A program made the position numbers and the translations under genes. Below the pieces are notes generated by a model, which was not told the origin of the DNA, ran no database searches, and saw only the letters and a list, made by a program, of their open reading frames with translations. From assembly GCA_041576165.1 (NCBI GenBank), contig JBFGLM010000002.1:32001-96000 (forward strand): a DNA stretch of 64,000 nt. Reading direction: 5' to 3'. The stretch comes from Acidimicrobiia bacterium (GTDB taxonomy: Bacteria > Actinomycetota > Acidimicrobiia > Spongiisociales > Spongiisociaceae). Position 1 is the stretch's first letter. Every line of letters starts with the position of its first letter. Below, in pieces: positions 39,978 to 49,477 of the stretch.

Positions 39978-40634
39978 TTGTCAGACGTCACGACATGTCA
40001 CGCATGCGGAGCCAGCAATCCTGCTGGAGCGGACTGGTGCACTCTGTGCTTCGCCAGATTCGACGAGCCTGCGCCTGAGCCCGAGCCCGTGGTCCGTCCG
40101 GCCGCCGCGGAGCCCGCTGTAGACCAGTTCGAGCCCTCCGCGCCCGGAGAGCAACTGTCGTTGATCGCAGACGACCGCAAGACTTGGCGGTGCAGATACT
40201 GCGAGGCCAGGGTCGCCCTGGAAGAATCTGCTTGCCCGCGGTGCCAACAGTCGATCTACGACAGTTTCGGCCACAAGGACGACCCAGGGCCCGATGTCGC
40301 CGAGAGCGTTGCGCTGCGGTGGGCGCTCCTACCGGGAGCGGGACACCTGCGGCTCGGGCATGGCGTGCTGGGGGTGGCGGTTGGCTTTTCGGTGCTGCTC
40401 AGCGCGATATTCGGGGTGGTCATGCTCAAGGCCGGCCGGGCAACCCACGGCTCGCTTTTGATCCTCATCATGATCGGAACCTGGCTAGCGTCGATCCACG
40501 ATGCGCTCCGATTCGCGAAACATCAGCCGGACGAGACCTTGCTGCGACCGAGGGTCCTGTCCGTGGTCGCCGGCGTCGTTTTCATGATCATCGTTGGCGC
40601 GTCGGTATCGGCGCAGTCGGCAATCAATCAGTGA
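39978..40634 (+). CDS. Double zinc-ribbon membrane protein (start uncertain)
   Basis: CHAC...WCTLC and CRYC...CPRC, then LPGAGH and three TM helices. Confidence 0.7.
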   Translation: MSDVTTCHACGASNPAGADWCTLCFARFDEPAPEPEPVVRPAAAEPAVDQFEPSAPGEQLSLIADDRKTWRCRYCEARVALEESACPRCQQSIYDSFGHKDDPGPDVAESVALRWALLPGAGHLRLGHGVLGVAVGFSVLLSAIFGVVMLKAGRATHGSLLILIMIGTWLASIHDALRFAKHQPDETLLRPRVLSVVAGVVFMIIVGASVSAQSAINQ

Positions 40635-40858
40635 GGTGGGTGTTCGCAGCCGCCCTGGCTAGCGGGTTCTCTTTGCTCCTCGCATTGCTGCTGGTCGGGT
40701 TGAATAGCCGCATGCGCATCACCGCCTCGGGTCTCATCGGGTTCGGCATCGCGGGCCTGTCGGCCGCGTATGCAGGCTGGCCAGTAGCGGTGGCGGTCGT
40801 CGTCGCTATCGCCGCAGCGGGTTTCCTTGGGTGGTATGCGGCATCCGAGGAGCCTTGA
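40631..40858 (+). CDS. Small membrane protein
   Basis: GTG overlaps upstream TGA; hydrophobic 75-aa product; stop abuts next start. Confidence 0.6.
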   Translation: MRWVFAAALASGFSLLLALLLVGLNSRMRITASGLIGFGIAGLSAAYAGWPVAVAVVVAIAAAGFLGWYAASEEP

Positions 40859-41617
40859 GTGCTGATCATCTCCGATGTACACGCCGCCTTCGACGAGCTG
40901 GCCGCCGTGGCAAGCTCGGGAAAGCCGCTCCTGATCCTTGGAGACTTGTTGAATTTCATCGACTACCGCACCGGTGAAGGCATGGCCCGGGAGGTCTACG
41001 GCGAGGAGTTCGTCCAGGCTGTGATCCAGAACCGGGTGGAGGGCGATTGGGCGGCCTCGCGCTCGCTGTGGGCCAAAGTGTCACAAGGTCGCGAGGAAGA
41101 GCTGCGCGCGCAGATCCGGGATGCGGCACTGCGCCAGTACGAGCAGACCACCAAGGCGCTGGTGGGCGCCGAGGCATATGTCACCTACGGCAACGTCGAC
41201 TGGCCGGAAGCGCTGCGCGAATGCCTTCCCCCAGGCTCCCGCTTCGTCGACGGCGAGGTGGTGGAGATCGAAGGCTACCGCGTTGGATTCGTCGGTGGCG
41301 GCAGCCCCACGCCGATCCACGCTCGGGGCGAGGTCAGTCACGAGGAGATGCGGGCCAAGCTGACTTCACTGGGACCGGTCGATGTACTGTGCTCCCACCT
41401 CCCCCCGGCGGTGGAGCCGCTCTACCGCGACGTTGTCACAGGACGGCTCGAGCGGTCCTCTCAGCCCATTCTGGACTACATCGAGGCCCACCAGCCCCGC
41501 TGGCACTACTTTGGTGACGTTCACCAACCCCAGGCCCAGCACTGGCGGATCGGGCAGACGGTCAGCATCAACGCCGGGTACTTTCGGGCGACCGGCCGGG
41601 CGATTGAGCACGTGTGA
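40859..41617 (+). CDS. Metallophosphoesterase
   Basis: ISDVH, LGDL, YGNVD, CSHLPP, FGDVHQP. Confidence 0.9.
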   Translation: MLIISDVHAAFDELAAVASSGKPLLILGDLLNFIDYRTGEGMAREVYGEEFVQAVIQNRVEGDWAASRSLWAKVSQGREEELRAQIRDAALRQYEQTTKALVGAEAYVTYGNVDWPEALRECLPPGSRFVDGEVVEIEGYRVGFVGGGSPTPIHARGEVSHEEMRAKLTSLGPVDVLCSHLPPAVEPLYRDVVTGRLERSSQPILDYIEAHQPRWHYFGDVHQPQAQHWRIGQTVSINAGYFRATGRAIEHV

Positions 41618-41681
41618 GGCGGCCGGGCACCGAGCCCAAAACGCTACGCTGACCCTCGGCGAACACTCCAAAGGACTGGGA

Positions 41682-42119
41682 ATGGCTGAAGGCACGGTGC
41701 AGACGATCGAGATCCCGGCTTCTCCCGAGCAGATCTTCGAGGTCGCGGCCTCCGTTGCTGCGTACCCGGACTGGGCGGACGGTGTGAAAACCGTGGAGGT
41801 GCTCGAGGCGGACGAAGAAGGTCGCCCGCGGCGGGCTCAGTTCACGGTCGACGGGATGATCAAAGAGATCACTTACACGTTGGTGTACTCCTACGACGCC
41901 CCCCACCGCATCTCGTGGACAGCGGAGCCCGGCGCTGATATCCGGGAAATGGAAGGCTCCTACGAGTTCAACGAGGTGGATGACGGCACTCAGGTGGTCT
42001 ACGCGCTGCGGGCCGAGCCGGCATTCAAGATCCCTGGGTTCCTCAGGAAGCAGGTCGAGAAACAAATCGTCGGGACCGCGTTGCGGGGGCTGCGCAAGCG
42101 GGTTGAGGCGGTCGGCTAG
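41682..42119 (+). CDS. SRPBCC (START-like) cyclase/dehydrase family protein
   Basis: IEIPASPEQIFEVAA...YPDW...GRPRRA...EGSY...ALRGLRKRVE. Confidence 0.88.
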   Translation: MAEGTVQTIEIPASPEQIFEVAASVAAYPDWADGVKTVEVLEADEEGRPRRAQFTVDGMIKEITYTLVYSYDAPHRISWTAEPGADIREMEGSYEFNEVDDGTQVVYALRAEPAFKIPGFLRKQVEKQIVGTALRGLRKRVEAVG

Positions 42120-42187
42120 CCCATGTCGTGGTCTCGTCCTGGCGCGCGTCGGCCGTGCGCTGTTTCCCGGCTGCTGGTGTGAGCTGA

Positions 42188-43357
42188 ATGCGCATCGTGC
42201 TGATGACCGGCAAGGGAGGGGTTGGGAAGACGACGGTGGCAGCCGCCACCGCATTGCACGCCGCAGATATCGGCCTGCGGGTCCTGGTCATGTCGACCGA
42301 TCCAGCCCACTCGTTGGCGGACGCCTACGACGTGCCGTTGGGTGACACGCCGCGCGAGATCGCGCCTCGGCTGCGCGCCCAGCAGGTGGATACCCAGACC
42401 CAGCTGGAGAGATTCTGGAGTGACATTCACCAGCAACTCATGGCCGTGTTCAATTGGGGTGGGGTAGACGGGATAGCCGCTGAAGAGTTCCTGATCTTCC
42501 CCGGAATGGACGAGCTGTTCTCGCTGCTCGAGGTGAAGGAGCACGCCAAGAGCGGTGACTATGACGTCGTGGTAGTTGATTGTGCTCCCACCGCAGAAAC
42601 GCTCCGGCTGCTGAGTCTGCCGGAGGTGTTGTCGTGGTACTTCGATCGGGTGCTCCCCACCGAGCGCAAGATCATGCGGGCTGCCCGACCCGTCCTGTCC
42701 CGTGTCACGAACCTGCCGATGCCGAGCGAATCAGTCTTCGACGCCGCCGAGACCGTTTTCGCTGGTGTCGAGGAGGTTCGCGAGTTGCTGTCCGATCCGG
42801 AAATCACGGCGGCCCGCCTCGTTGTCAACCCAGAGAAGATGGTGGTCAACGAGGCCCGTCGGACCTACACGTACCTCGGCTTCTTCGGCTACGGCGTCGA
42901 TGGCGTCATCGTCAACCGGGTCCTGCCCGAGTCGGTCCGGGATCCGTATTTCGAACGCTGGCGCTCAATTCAAGAGCAGCATCTGGAGACGATCGCGCAG
43001 GCGTTCCAGGAGGTGGACGTCCTTCCGCTCCGATTGTTCGACGAGGAGATGGTCGGCTTTGAACGCTTGCGAGTTCTCGCCAAGGAGCTGTACGCCGACC
43101 GCCACCCGATCGACGAGTTTCATGCCGCGCAGCCGTTCTCAGTGACCGAGTCTGAAGACCAGGTTGTGCTCGACCTGTCGGTGCCGTTTGCGGAACTGGA
43201 CGAGGTGGACGTTGTGCGGCATGGTGCCGAGCTGTACGTGACCGTTGGTGCGTACCGGCGGTCATTCGTCCTGCCCGATTCGCTTCGACGGCGCAAGGTC
43301 GGCGGTGCCCGCCTGGCGGACGGCAGGCTACGCGTCACCTTCGTGGACCCGGAATGA
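42188..43357 (+). CDS. ArsA/GET3-family ATPase with C-terminal HSP20-like domain
   Basis: GKGGVGKTT, STDPAHSL, PGMDE, DCAPTAETLRLL, VVNPEKMV; C-terminal ELYVTVGAYRR...LRVTF. Confidence 0.92.
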   Translation: MRIVLMTGKGGVGKTTVAAATALHAADIGLRVLVMSTDPAHSLADAYDVPLGDTPREIAPRLRAQQVDTQTQLERFWSDIHQQLMAVFNWGGVDGIAAEEFLIFPGMDELFSLLEVKEHAKSGDYDVVVVDCAPTAETLRLLSLPEVLSWYFDRVLPTERKIMRAARPVLSRVTNLPMPSESVFDAAETVFAGVEEVRELLSDPEITAARLVVNPEKMVVNEARRTYTYLGFFGYGVDGVIVNRVLPESVRDPYFERWRSIQEQHLETIAQAFQEVDVLPLRLFDEEMVGFERLRVLAKELYADRHPIDEFHAAQPFSVTESEDQVVLDLSVPFAELDEVDVVRHGAELYVTVGAYRRSFVLPDSLRRRKVGGARLADGRLRVTFVDPE

Positions 43358-43542
43358 TGGCAAGATGTGATCTCGCCGAGTGGACGCGGGCCCTCGGCCG
43401 GGCCGTGAGCGCCGCCACGCCTCATCTGCTGGTGGCGGCCCGGGAGTTGACCGTAGCGGGATTCGCTTTCATCGAAGCACTGACTGCCGACGGCGCCACC
43501 GCGCCGAGTCCGGGGCGGGAACGGATACGGGTCGTTGAGTGA
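43354..43542 (+). CDS. Small hypothetical protein (SCO2127-like position)
   Basis: ATGA overlap with ArsA; HLLVAARELTVA helix, ends ERIRVVE. Confidence 0.6.
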   Translation: MMARCDLAEWTRALGRAVSAATPHLLVAARELTVAGFAFIEALTADGATAPSPGRERIRVVE

Positions 43543-43553
43543 CGTGCGAGCCC

Positions 43554-44891
43554 TCAAGGCCACCGGTCCGAGTCGGGGTAGACGCTGGCCCAGCTGAACC
43601 AGAAGGCGGGCACGGCCTCGACGCGGGGCAGCTCCCGTCCATCGTCCAGACGAAGGCTGGACTCGGTCATGGCCTGTATGCCGGCCTCGGTAGCCGAACC
43701 GAGGAACACCCGGGCACCCGCTGCTTCGGTTGGGATCACGGTGATGGCATCGCCTCCCACCGACGTGACCAGCGTACCGTGGTCGATGAGAGCGTCGAGT
43801 TCAATTGCCAGTGCACGGCCGTTGTGGGCTACGCCCACCACCGCGACCTTGGGCGGGCCGCCGGGCGTGCTCGGAGCCGGGAACCACAAATCCGGGCTGG
43901 CGTAGTACTCGGAGTCAGCGGCACCCTCTTCGTATGACACGTCGCCGAGCGCCAGCGCAGGACCCTGCGTGTCCGGCTTGGCCACCACGAGCGTGTCGGG
44001 ATGCGTCGTTTGCCAGTCCTGCCAGGTCGTTGTGGTAAGGAACAAGCGGTCGAGCTCTGTGCCGGCCAGCGGACCGGTAAGTGCGATGCCCGTCAGTTGC
44101 TGCCACACGGATCCAGTCTCTCGGTCGATCATCAGGTTGTTGGAGTTGAGCAAAAGACCCGACATCACGAACTCGAGCTCGCGCCCGTCCACTACGCGGC
44201 TGAACAGCCCGGCAGACCGGCAGAGGGTGCAATTGGTCAGCACCACCGGCTGTCCGCCCAGCACGTCATTCGACAGCTCGTGGACGTCCAGGATGCGCAC
44301 CGGGTAGGCGCGAGCTGCTCCTAGCAGCTTCGCGCCGAAAACCAGGTCTTCTGGCGACAAATAGTCAGCACTGGCCGGATTGATCAACGCCGGCGTGTTG
44401 ATGGCCGGGATGCCGTCGAATGGCACGGGCCCCCCCTGCACTTCGGCCGCCAGACGCGGCTCCAAGCCCGCAATGATCTCCTCGAACTCGGGCGACAGTT
44501 CCGCGTACAGCCGGCCCTTCCAGGCCGGGTAAGAGGGCGGCGGTACGATCTCGGGACGGTCGAGCAGCCATGACCCGAAGGTGACGTGGTCCTCCGTCGG
44601 TCGTCCGGTCGCCGCCAGGCCGGTCAGCGCTGCCAGCGCGTCGGTCACCGCCGTGCGGCGCTCCTCGTCGAGCTCCACCCGTAGGAGGTCAATCAGGTAG
44701 GGGACGATCGTCGCGTTGTCCTGATCCACAGCCGCGGCCGCAGCTGCGGTCACAGCATCGTCGGTTCGCCGGTCGGCGAGTGGTTCGAAAAGTGGGAGCA
44801 CTTCGGGCGAGGCCGGCAGATGGCTATCTGCTCCGGCTCTACAGGCGGCCAGGATCAGCCCCAAGGTCACGATGATCGCCGCCGCGCGCAT
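43554..44891 (-). CDS. DUF3179-family lipoprotein
   Basis: Lipobox LAAC; DGIPAINTP, ARAYP, NCTLC, SGLLLNSN, DRETGSVWQQLTG, FWFSW. Confidence 0.88.
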   Translation of the reverse strand: MRAAAIIVTLGLILAACRAGADSHLPASPEVLPLFEPLADRRTDDAVTAAAAAAVDQDNATIVPYLIDLLRVELDEERRTAVTDALAALTGLAATGRPTEDHVTFGSWLLDRPEIVPPPSYPAWKGRLYAELSPEFEEIIAGLEPRLAAEVQGGPVPFDGIPAINTPALINPASADYLSPEDLVFGAKLLGAARAYPVRILDVHELSNDVLGGQPVVLTNCTLCRSAGLFSRVVDGRELEFVMSGLLLNSNNLMIDRETGSVWQQLTGIALTGPLAGTELDRLFLTTTTWQDWQTTHPDTLVVAKPDTQGPALALGDVSYEEGAADSEYYASPDLWFPAPSTPGGPPKVAVVGVAHNGRALAIELDALIDHGTLVTSVGGDAITVIPTEAAGARVFLGSATEAGIQAMTESSLRLDDGRELPRVEAVPAFWFSWASVYPDSDRWP

Positions 44892-44937
44892 GCTGTGACT
44901 CTCCCACGTCGACCGGTCGGTGGGAAACCGGACGCAG

Positions 44938-44966
44938 CCGGGCCCCGACTGCTAGCCGGGGCCCGG
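44938..44966. terminator. GC-rich hairpin downstream of hsp20
   Basis: CCGGGCCCCG-N9-CGGGGCCCGG, 10-bp perfect stem. Confidence 0.6.
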
Positions 44967-45045
44967 TATTCCACGGTGGGAGGAGGGAGAGATTGGGCTG
45001 TTCAGTGGCGGCCGGTCGCAGAACGCTCCCGGCCGGCGCTGGGGG

Positions 45046-45477
45046 TCAGCCCGCCGTGGAAATCTCAATCTTGCGGGGGAGGACTTCCGGCCGCTTGGCC
45101 AGGGTCACCTCGAGAATCCCGTCCTTGTACGTGGCCTCCACCTCATTGGTGTCGTAGTGGTCGCCTACCCGGATCGACCGCCGGAAGGCTCCTCGCGCCA
45201 GCTCGCGGCGGTGATAGGTGGCGTCCTGCTCCTCGGACTCGAAGGCCCGTTCCCCGCTCAGGGCCAGCACGCCGTTTTCGAGCGTGACGGTGAGGTTCTC
45301 GGCGTCGAAACCGGGCACCTCAAACCGGGCCACGAGGGAATCGCCGGACTCCACTAGGTCGACTGCGGGCACCCACGCCCGAGGCTCGGCCCGGTCATCC
45401 CACGAATCGAACAGCCGGTCGAAGTCGGGACCGAAGATCCGGCCGAAAGCGATTGGCCGCTGACGTACGAGCTGCAT
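45046..45477 (-). CDS. Hsp20/alpha-crystallin small heat-shock protein
   Basis: WVPAVD, EVPG, LSGER, GAFRRSI, ATYKDGILEVTL, IxI motif KIEI; AGGAGG RBS. Confidence 0.95.
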   Translation of the reverse strand: MQLVRQRPIAFGRIFGPDFDRLFDSWDDRAEPRAWVPAVDLVESGDSLVARFEVPGFDAENLTVTLENGVLALSGERAFESEEQDATYHRRELARGAFRRSIRVGDHYDTNEVEATYKDGILEVTLAKRPEVLPRKIEISTAG

Positions 45478-45520
45478 GTGGCTGATCCTCCTGTATTGCT
45501 GAAATGTGGCTTTACTCTTG

Positions 45521-45555
45521 ATCTAATAATAACAGACTTAGATTTATTCCGGCAA
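45521..45555 (-). promoter_or_regulatory. hsp20 housekeeping-type promoter overlapped by an inverted repeat
   Basis: Minus strand TTGCCG-N18-TATTAT; palindrome ATCTAA-N11-TTAGAT (45521-45543) covers the -10 box and weakly resembles an HspR HAIR. Confidence 0.5.
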
Positions 45556-45576
45556 GACATAAAGATTTTCGTGTGT

Positions 45577-45620
45577 TTCAACCCGCGTTTTGGAATAGGT
45601 ATTCCAGGTCGGCGGTTGAA
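45577..45620. promoter_or_regulatory. Two overlapping divergent SigH/SigR-type promoters
   Basis: Plus strand GGAAT(45592-45596)-N18-GTTGAA(45615-45620) toward lon; minus strand GGAAT(45605-45601)-N18-GTTGAA(45582-45577) toward hsp20. Confidence 0.75.
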
Positions 45621-45656
45621 CGGGAGGTTCCCGGCCCACATCAGGAGGCCCTGCAG

Positions 45657-48026
45657 ATGCCCGATCAGATCACCAACGACTCCGCTGGCGGGCCGGCGGA
45701 ATCCGACGTCCGAACGGCGGTCGGCTCGCAGCCGTCGTCGCTGCCCGTGCTGCCGTTGCGTGACACCGTGGTACTACCGCAGATGGTGATGCCAATCCTG
45801 GTTGGCCGTCCTCGGTCGCGGGAGCTCGTGCAGCATCTGATTGAAGACCAGCTGGAGCTCGTCGTACTCTCGGGGTTGAAACGCGACACCGACGATCCGG
45901 AGCCGGGCGACCTCTACCCGACCGGCACGGTGGCCCGTGTGGTCCAGCTGATGGCGTTGCCTGACGGCAATTTCCGGCTCGTCGTGGAAGGCGAGACACG
46001 GGTCCGCGTGCGGGGCTTCTCCCAAACCGATCCGTTCTTTGTGGCGGACGTTGATTGGCTGGAGGATCGACCGGGTGACCCGATACGCACAGAGGCGCTG
46101 CGCCGCCAGGTTCTGTCGCAGTTCGCCAGCCTGGCCCAGCGATCGCCCTATCTGGACGAGCAGGCACTGCGGCGGGCCCGGACCACGGAGTCCCCTGCGG
46201 CGCTGGCCGACTTCATTGCGGCGTCCCTCAACCTGGCGGCAGAGCCCCGCCAGGAGCTGCTCGAGGCGATGGACGTCGAGAAGCGCCTGGATGCATTGAC
46301 GCGCATCCTCGCCGGTGAGATCTCGGTGCTCGAGGTCGGCGCCCAAATCCAAGAGGAAGTCGAGGCTGATCTAGCTGGGACGCAGCGCGAGTTCATTCTC
46401 CGTAAGCAGCTCGAAGCCATCCGCCGCGAGCTGGGCGAACTCGACGGTGAGGCCGGTGATGCTACAGCGGACCTGCGAACCCGGCTGGAGGAGGCAGGCC
46501 TTCCCGAAGCGGTGCGCAAGGAGGCATTCCGGGAGCTGGAGCGGCTGGTCAAGGTGCAGGAAGCGAGCCCCGAGCACCAGGTGATCACCACCTATCTCGA
46601 CTGGATACTGCGCGTGCCCTGGTCGGTGGCCAGCGAGGACCGTCTCGATGTGGCTGAGGCCGAGGGCATCCTGGAGGAGGACCACCACGCACTGGCTGAC
46701 ATCAAGGAACGCATCCTCGAATACCTCGCGGTGCTGCAGCTGACCCACGACATGCGCGGACCGATCCTCGCCCTGGTCGGCCCGCCCGGCGTGGGCAAGA
46801 CGTCGCTGGGCCGTTCCATCGCCCGCGCCATGGGCCGCGAGTTCGTCCGGATCTCGCTAGGTGGTGTCCGGGATGAGGCCGAGCTGCGGGGACATCGCCG
46901 CACGTATATCGGCTCGATGCCCGGCCGGATCGTTCAGGGACTGGTTCGAGCCGGCACCCGCAACCCGGTGATCATGCTCGACGAGATTGACAAACTCGGG
47001 GCCGACTATCGGGGCGATCCGAGCGCAGCGCTGCTCGAGATCCTCGACCCGCGGCAAAACGACACGTTTACCGATCACTATCTCGACGTGCCGGTCGACC
47101 TGTCGCAGGTCATGTTCATTGCGACCGCCAACGTGCTGCACACCATCCCGCAACCGCTCATCGACCGGATGGAGATCATCCAGGTCTCCGGCTACACCCG
47201 GGATGAGAAGGCCGAGATCGCCCGCAAGTACCTGATCCCGCGCCAGCTTTCTGAGCATGGGCTCGATGAATCAGACCTCCAACTGGGTGAGGGAGTGATA
47301 GAAGGGATCGTGGCCTCCTACACCAGGGAGGCCGGCGTGCGGGAACTCGAGCGCAGGATTGCCCGGGTCGCCCGCAAAGCCGCCAAACGGCGGGTGGGCG
47401 GCGACTCCGGCGTCATCGACATCACGGCGGACAACCTGAGTGAGTTCCTCGGTTCACCGAAATACCGGGACAAGGTGGTCGACACCGATGATCAGGTGGG
47501 TGTGACTGCCGGCCTGGCGGTGACCGGCGTGGGCGGCGACGTGCTGTTCGTCGAAGCTTCCCTGATCCCGGGGACCGGCAAAGTGACCATCACCGGCCAG
47601 CTCGGCGATGTCATGCGCGAGTCGGCGCAGGCGGCCCTCACATACACCCGGGCGCAGACGGCCGATCTCGGGTCGTGGTTCGACGAGCGAGACATTCACA
47701 TCCACGTGCCGGAAGGTGCGGTGCCGAAAGATGGCCCCTCCGCCGGTGTCACGATGACCACTTCGCTGGTCAGCGCGGTCCGCGGAGCAGCGGTCGATCG
47801 ATCGGTGGCGATGACCGGCGAGGTCACGCTCCACGGTAAGGTTCTGCCGATCGGGGGCGTGAAGGACAAGGTTCTCGCGGCTCACCGGGCCGGCCTGAGG
47901 ACCGTGTTGCTGCCCGCAGACAACGAGAAGGATCTCGACGATGTACCGGCGTCGGTGCGAGACGAACTGGACATCCGCTTGGTGTCGAACATGGAAGAGG
48001 TGCTCGAGGTGGCCCTGGTCGGCTGA
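45657..48026 (+). CDS. lon: ATP-dependent protease La
   Basis: LPVLPLRD, GPPGVGKTS, GHRRTYIG, LDEIDK, PKDGPSAG (Ser), GGVKDK (Lys); AGGAGG RBS. Confidence 0.97.
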   Translation: MPDQITNDSAGGPAESDVRTAVGSQPSSLPVLPLRDTVVLPQMVMPILVGRPRSRELVQHLIEDQLELVVLSGLKRDTDDPEPGDLYPTGTVARVVQLMALPDGNFRLVVEGETRVRVRGFSQTDPFFVADVDWLEDRPGDPIRTEALRRQVLSQFASLAQRSPYLDEQALRRARTTESPAALADFIAASLNLAAEPRQELLEAMDVEKRLDALTRILAGEISVLEVGAQIQEEVEADLAGTQREFILRKQLEAIRRELGELDGEAGDATADLRTRLEEAGLPEAVRKEAFRELERLVKVQEASPEHQVITTYLDWILRVPWSVASEDRLDVAEAEGILEEDHHALADIKERILEYLAVLQLTHDMRGPILALVGPPGVGKTSLGRSIARAMGREFVRISLGGVRDEAELRGHRRTYIGSMPGRIVQGLVRAGTRNPVIMLDEIDKLGADYRGDPSAALLEILDPRQNDTFTDHYLDVPVDLSQVMFIATANVLHTIPQPLIDRMEIIQVSGYTRDEKAEIARKYLIPRQLSEHGLDESDLQLGEGVIEGIVASYTREAGVRELERRIARVARKAAKRRVGGDSGVIDITADNLSEFLGSPKYRDKVVDTDDQVGVTAGLAVTGVGGDVLFVEASLIPGTGKVTITGQLGDVMRESAQAALTYTRAQTADLGSWFDERDIHIHVPEGAVPKDGPSAGVTMTTSLVSAVRGAAVDRSVAMTGEVTLHGKVLPIGGVKDKVLAAHRAGLRTVLLPADNEKDLDDVPASVRDELDIRLVSNMEEVLEVALVG

Positions 48027-48041
48027 CGGCGCCGGCGACCC

Positions 48042-48992
48042 ATGGTGACCTCAACGCAGCCCAACGCGCTCGGCATCGATCTCGGTGGTACCAAGATGGC
48101 CGCTGCCATCATCGCGCCCGATGGATCCATCCTGCAGCGGCGCACCGTGCCCCGTCCGGCCACCGGCGCCGCCATGCTCAACGAGCCGGTGGGGCTGGCG
48201 TCCGAACTGATCGACGATTCGGTGGGACGGATCGGGGTCGGCGCGGCTGGTTTGGTCGACTGGACCGAAGGCACGCTGGTGTGGGGGCCGAACGTGGCAG
48301 GTGAGCACGTGCCGTTCAAAGAGATGTTCGAGCGGACGCTGCAGCGACCCACGGCAGTCGACAACGACGCCAACGTGGCCGGTCTCGCTGAAACCCGCAT
48401 CGGCGCGGCTCGCGGGTGCAGGCACGTTGTCATGATCACACTGGGGACGGGGATTGGCGGCGGCTGGATGGTGGACGGCCAGCCGTACCGGGGCCGCAAC
48501 TTTGCCGGCGAGATCGGCCATGTAGTCGTGGATGTCGGCGGACAATGGTGCACGTGCGGTCAGCGTGGCTGCTGGGAGACGTTCGCATCCGGTCGGCGAT
48601 TGGACCAGATGGCTCGCGACCTGGTGGCCACGCGGCCCGGTGGGCTGGTGGCGAAGCTGGCTGAAGGCACGACGCCTACCGGTCGCCACCTCACCGACGC
48701 CGCGCTCGAAGGCGATTGGGATGCGATAGCCCTGATCGAAGAGATGGGGATCTGGCTGGGCATCGGTATTGCCAATCTGATCGCTGCTTTCGACCCGGAG
48801 ATCGTGGTCGTGGGTGGCGGCGCATCCCGGGCAGGAGATGTCCTGTTGGAACCGACCCGGCAGTCGGTCTCGAACTCGCTCGAGGGTTCCGAACACCGCC
48901 CGCCCACTCCGATCGTCGGTGCCGAACTGGGAGAGGACGCCGGCGTGATCGGGGCGGGGTTGCTGGCGTTCGAGGCGATCGGACCTGCATGA
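48042..48992 (+). CDS. ROK family glucokinase
   Basis: GIDLGGTK, NDAN, LGTGIGGG, GEIGH, CTCGQRGCWE. Confidence 0.92.
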   Translation: MVTSTQPNALGIDLGGTKMAAAIIAPDGSILQRRTVPRPATGAAMLNEPVGLASELIDDSVGRIGVGAAGLVDWTEGTLVWGPNVAGEHVPFKEMFERTLQRPTAVDNDANVAGLAETRIGAARGCRHVVMITLGTGIGGGWMVDGQPYRGRNFAGEIGHVVVDVGGQWCTCGQRGCWETFASGRRLDQMARDLVATRPGGLVAKLAEGTTPTGRHLTDAALEGDWDAIALIEEMGIWLGIGIANLIAAFDPEIVVVGGGASRAGDVLLEPTRQSVSNSLEGSEHRPPTPIVGAELGEDAGVIGAGLLAFEAIGPA

Positions 48993-49429
48993 ACGACGCT
49001 TACAAACCCGACGCCGTGTTCTCACCGGATGGCCGGCGCATAGAAGGTGCCCGGGAGTGGCTCAAGGAACTGGCGCTGGCGATCCCCAATGTCGCCAAGC
49101 TCCTGGGTCGGCTCGCCGCCGACCCCCGGGTTCCACAGGGGGCCAAACGACTGGCCGGGGTTGTCGCGGCGTACCTAGTGTCGCCAGTCGACCTCATCCC
49201 GGATTTCATCCCGATAATCGGCCGTACGGATGATGTGCTGCTGGCGGCCTACGCCGTCAACTATTTGATCAAATCGGCGGGCGAGCATGTTGTCCGGGAA
49301 CATTGGGACGGAGCCGACGAGGTACTCGACATCCTCGTCGACACCGTGGACGTGATATCTCACGCCATGCCGCGCTCGCTCCGGTTGGCGCTCGGACGGT
49401 TGGGCCGGCTGCAGATCTTCCGTCGCTAG
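48989..49429 (+). CDS. YkvA/DUF1232 family protein
   Basis: DPRVP...YLVSPVDLIPDFIPIIGRTDD; ATGA overlap with glucokinase. Confidence 0.9.
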   Translation: MNDAYKPDAVFSPDGRRIEGAREWLKELALAIPNVAKLLGRLAADPRVPQGAKRLAGVVAAYLVSPVDLIPDFIPIIGRTDDVLLAAYAVNYLIKSAGEHVVREHWDGADEVLDILVDTVDVISHAMPRSLRLALGRLGRLQIFRR

Positions 49430-49477
49430 CCACGTCCCTCTGCACGGTATTCTGCGGGGATCCGAGGAGAGCGGCCA

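Noticed and set aside
42188-43357. Arsenic-resistance operon
   Set aside because: No arsR, arsB, arsC or acr3 nearby; single-domain ArsA/GET3 type with HSP20-like tail in a conserved non-arsenic context.
43554-44891. Selenoprotein recoding in the DUF3179 gene
   Set aside because: The CxxC uses ordinary Cys codons and the ORF has no in-frame TGA.
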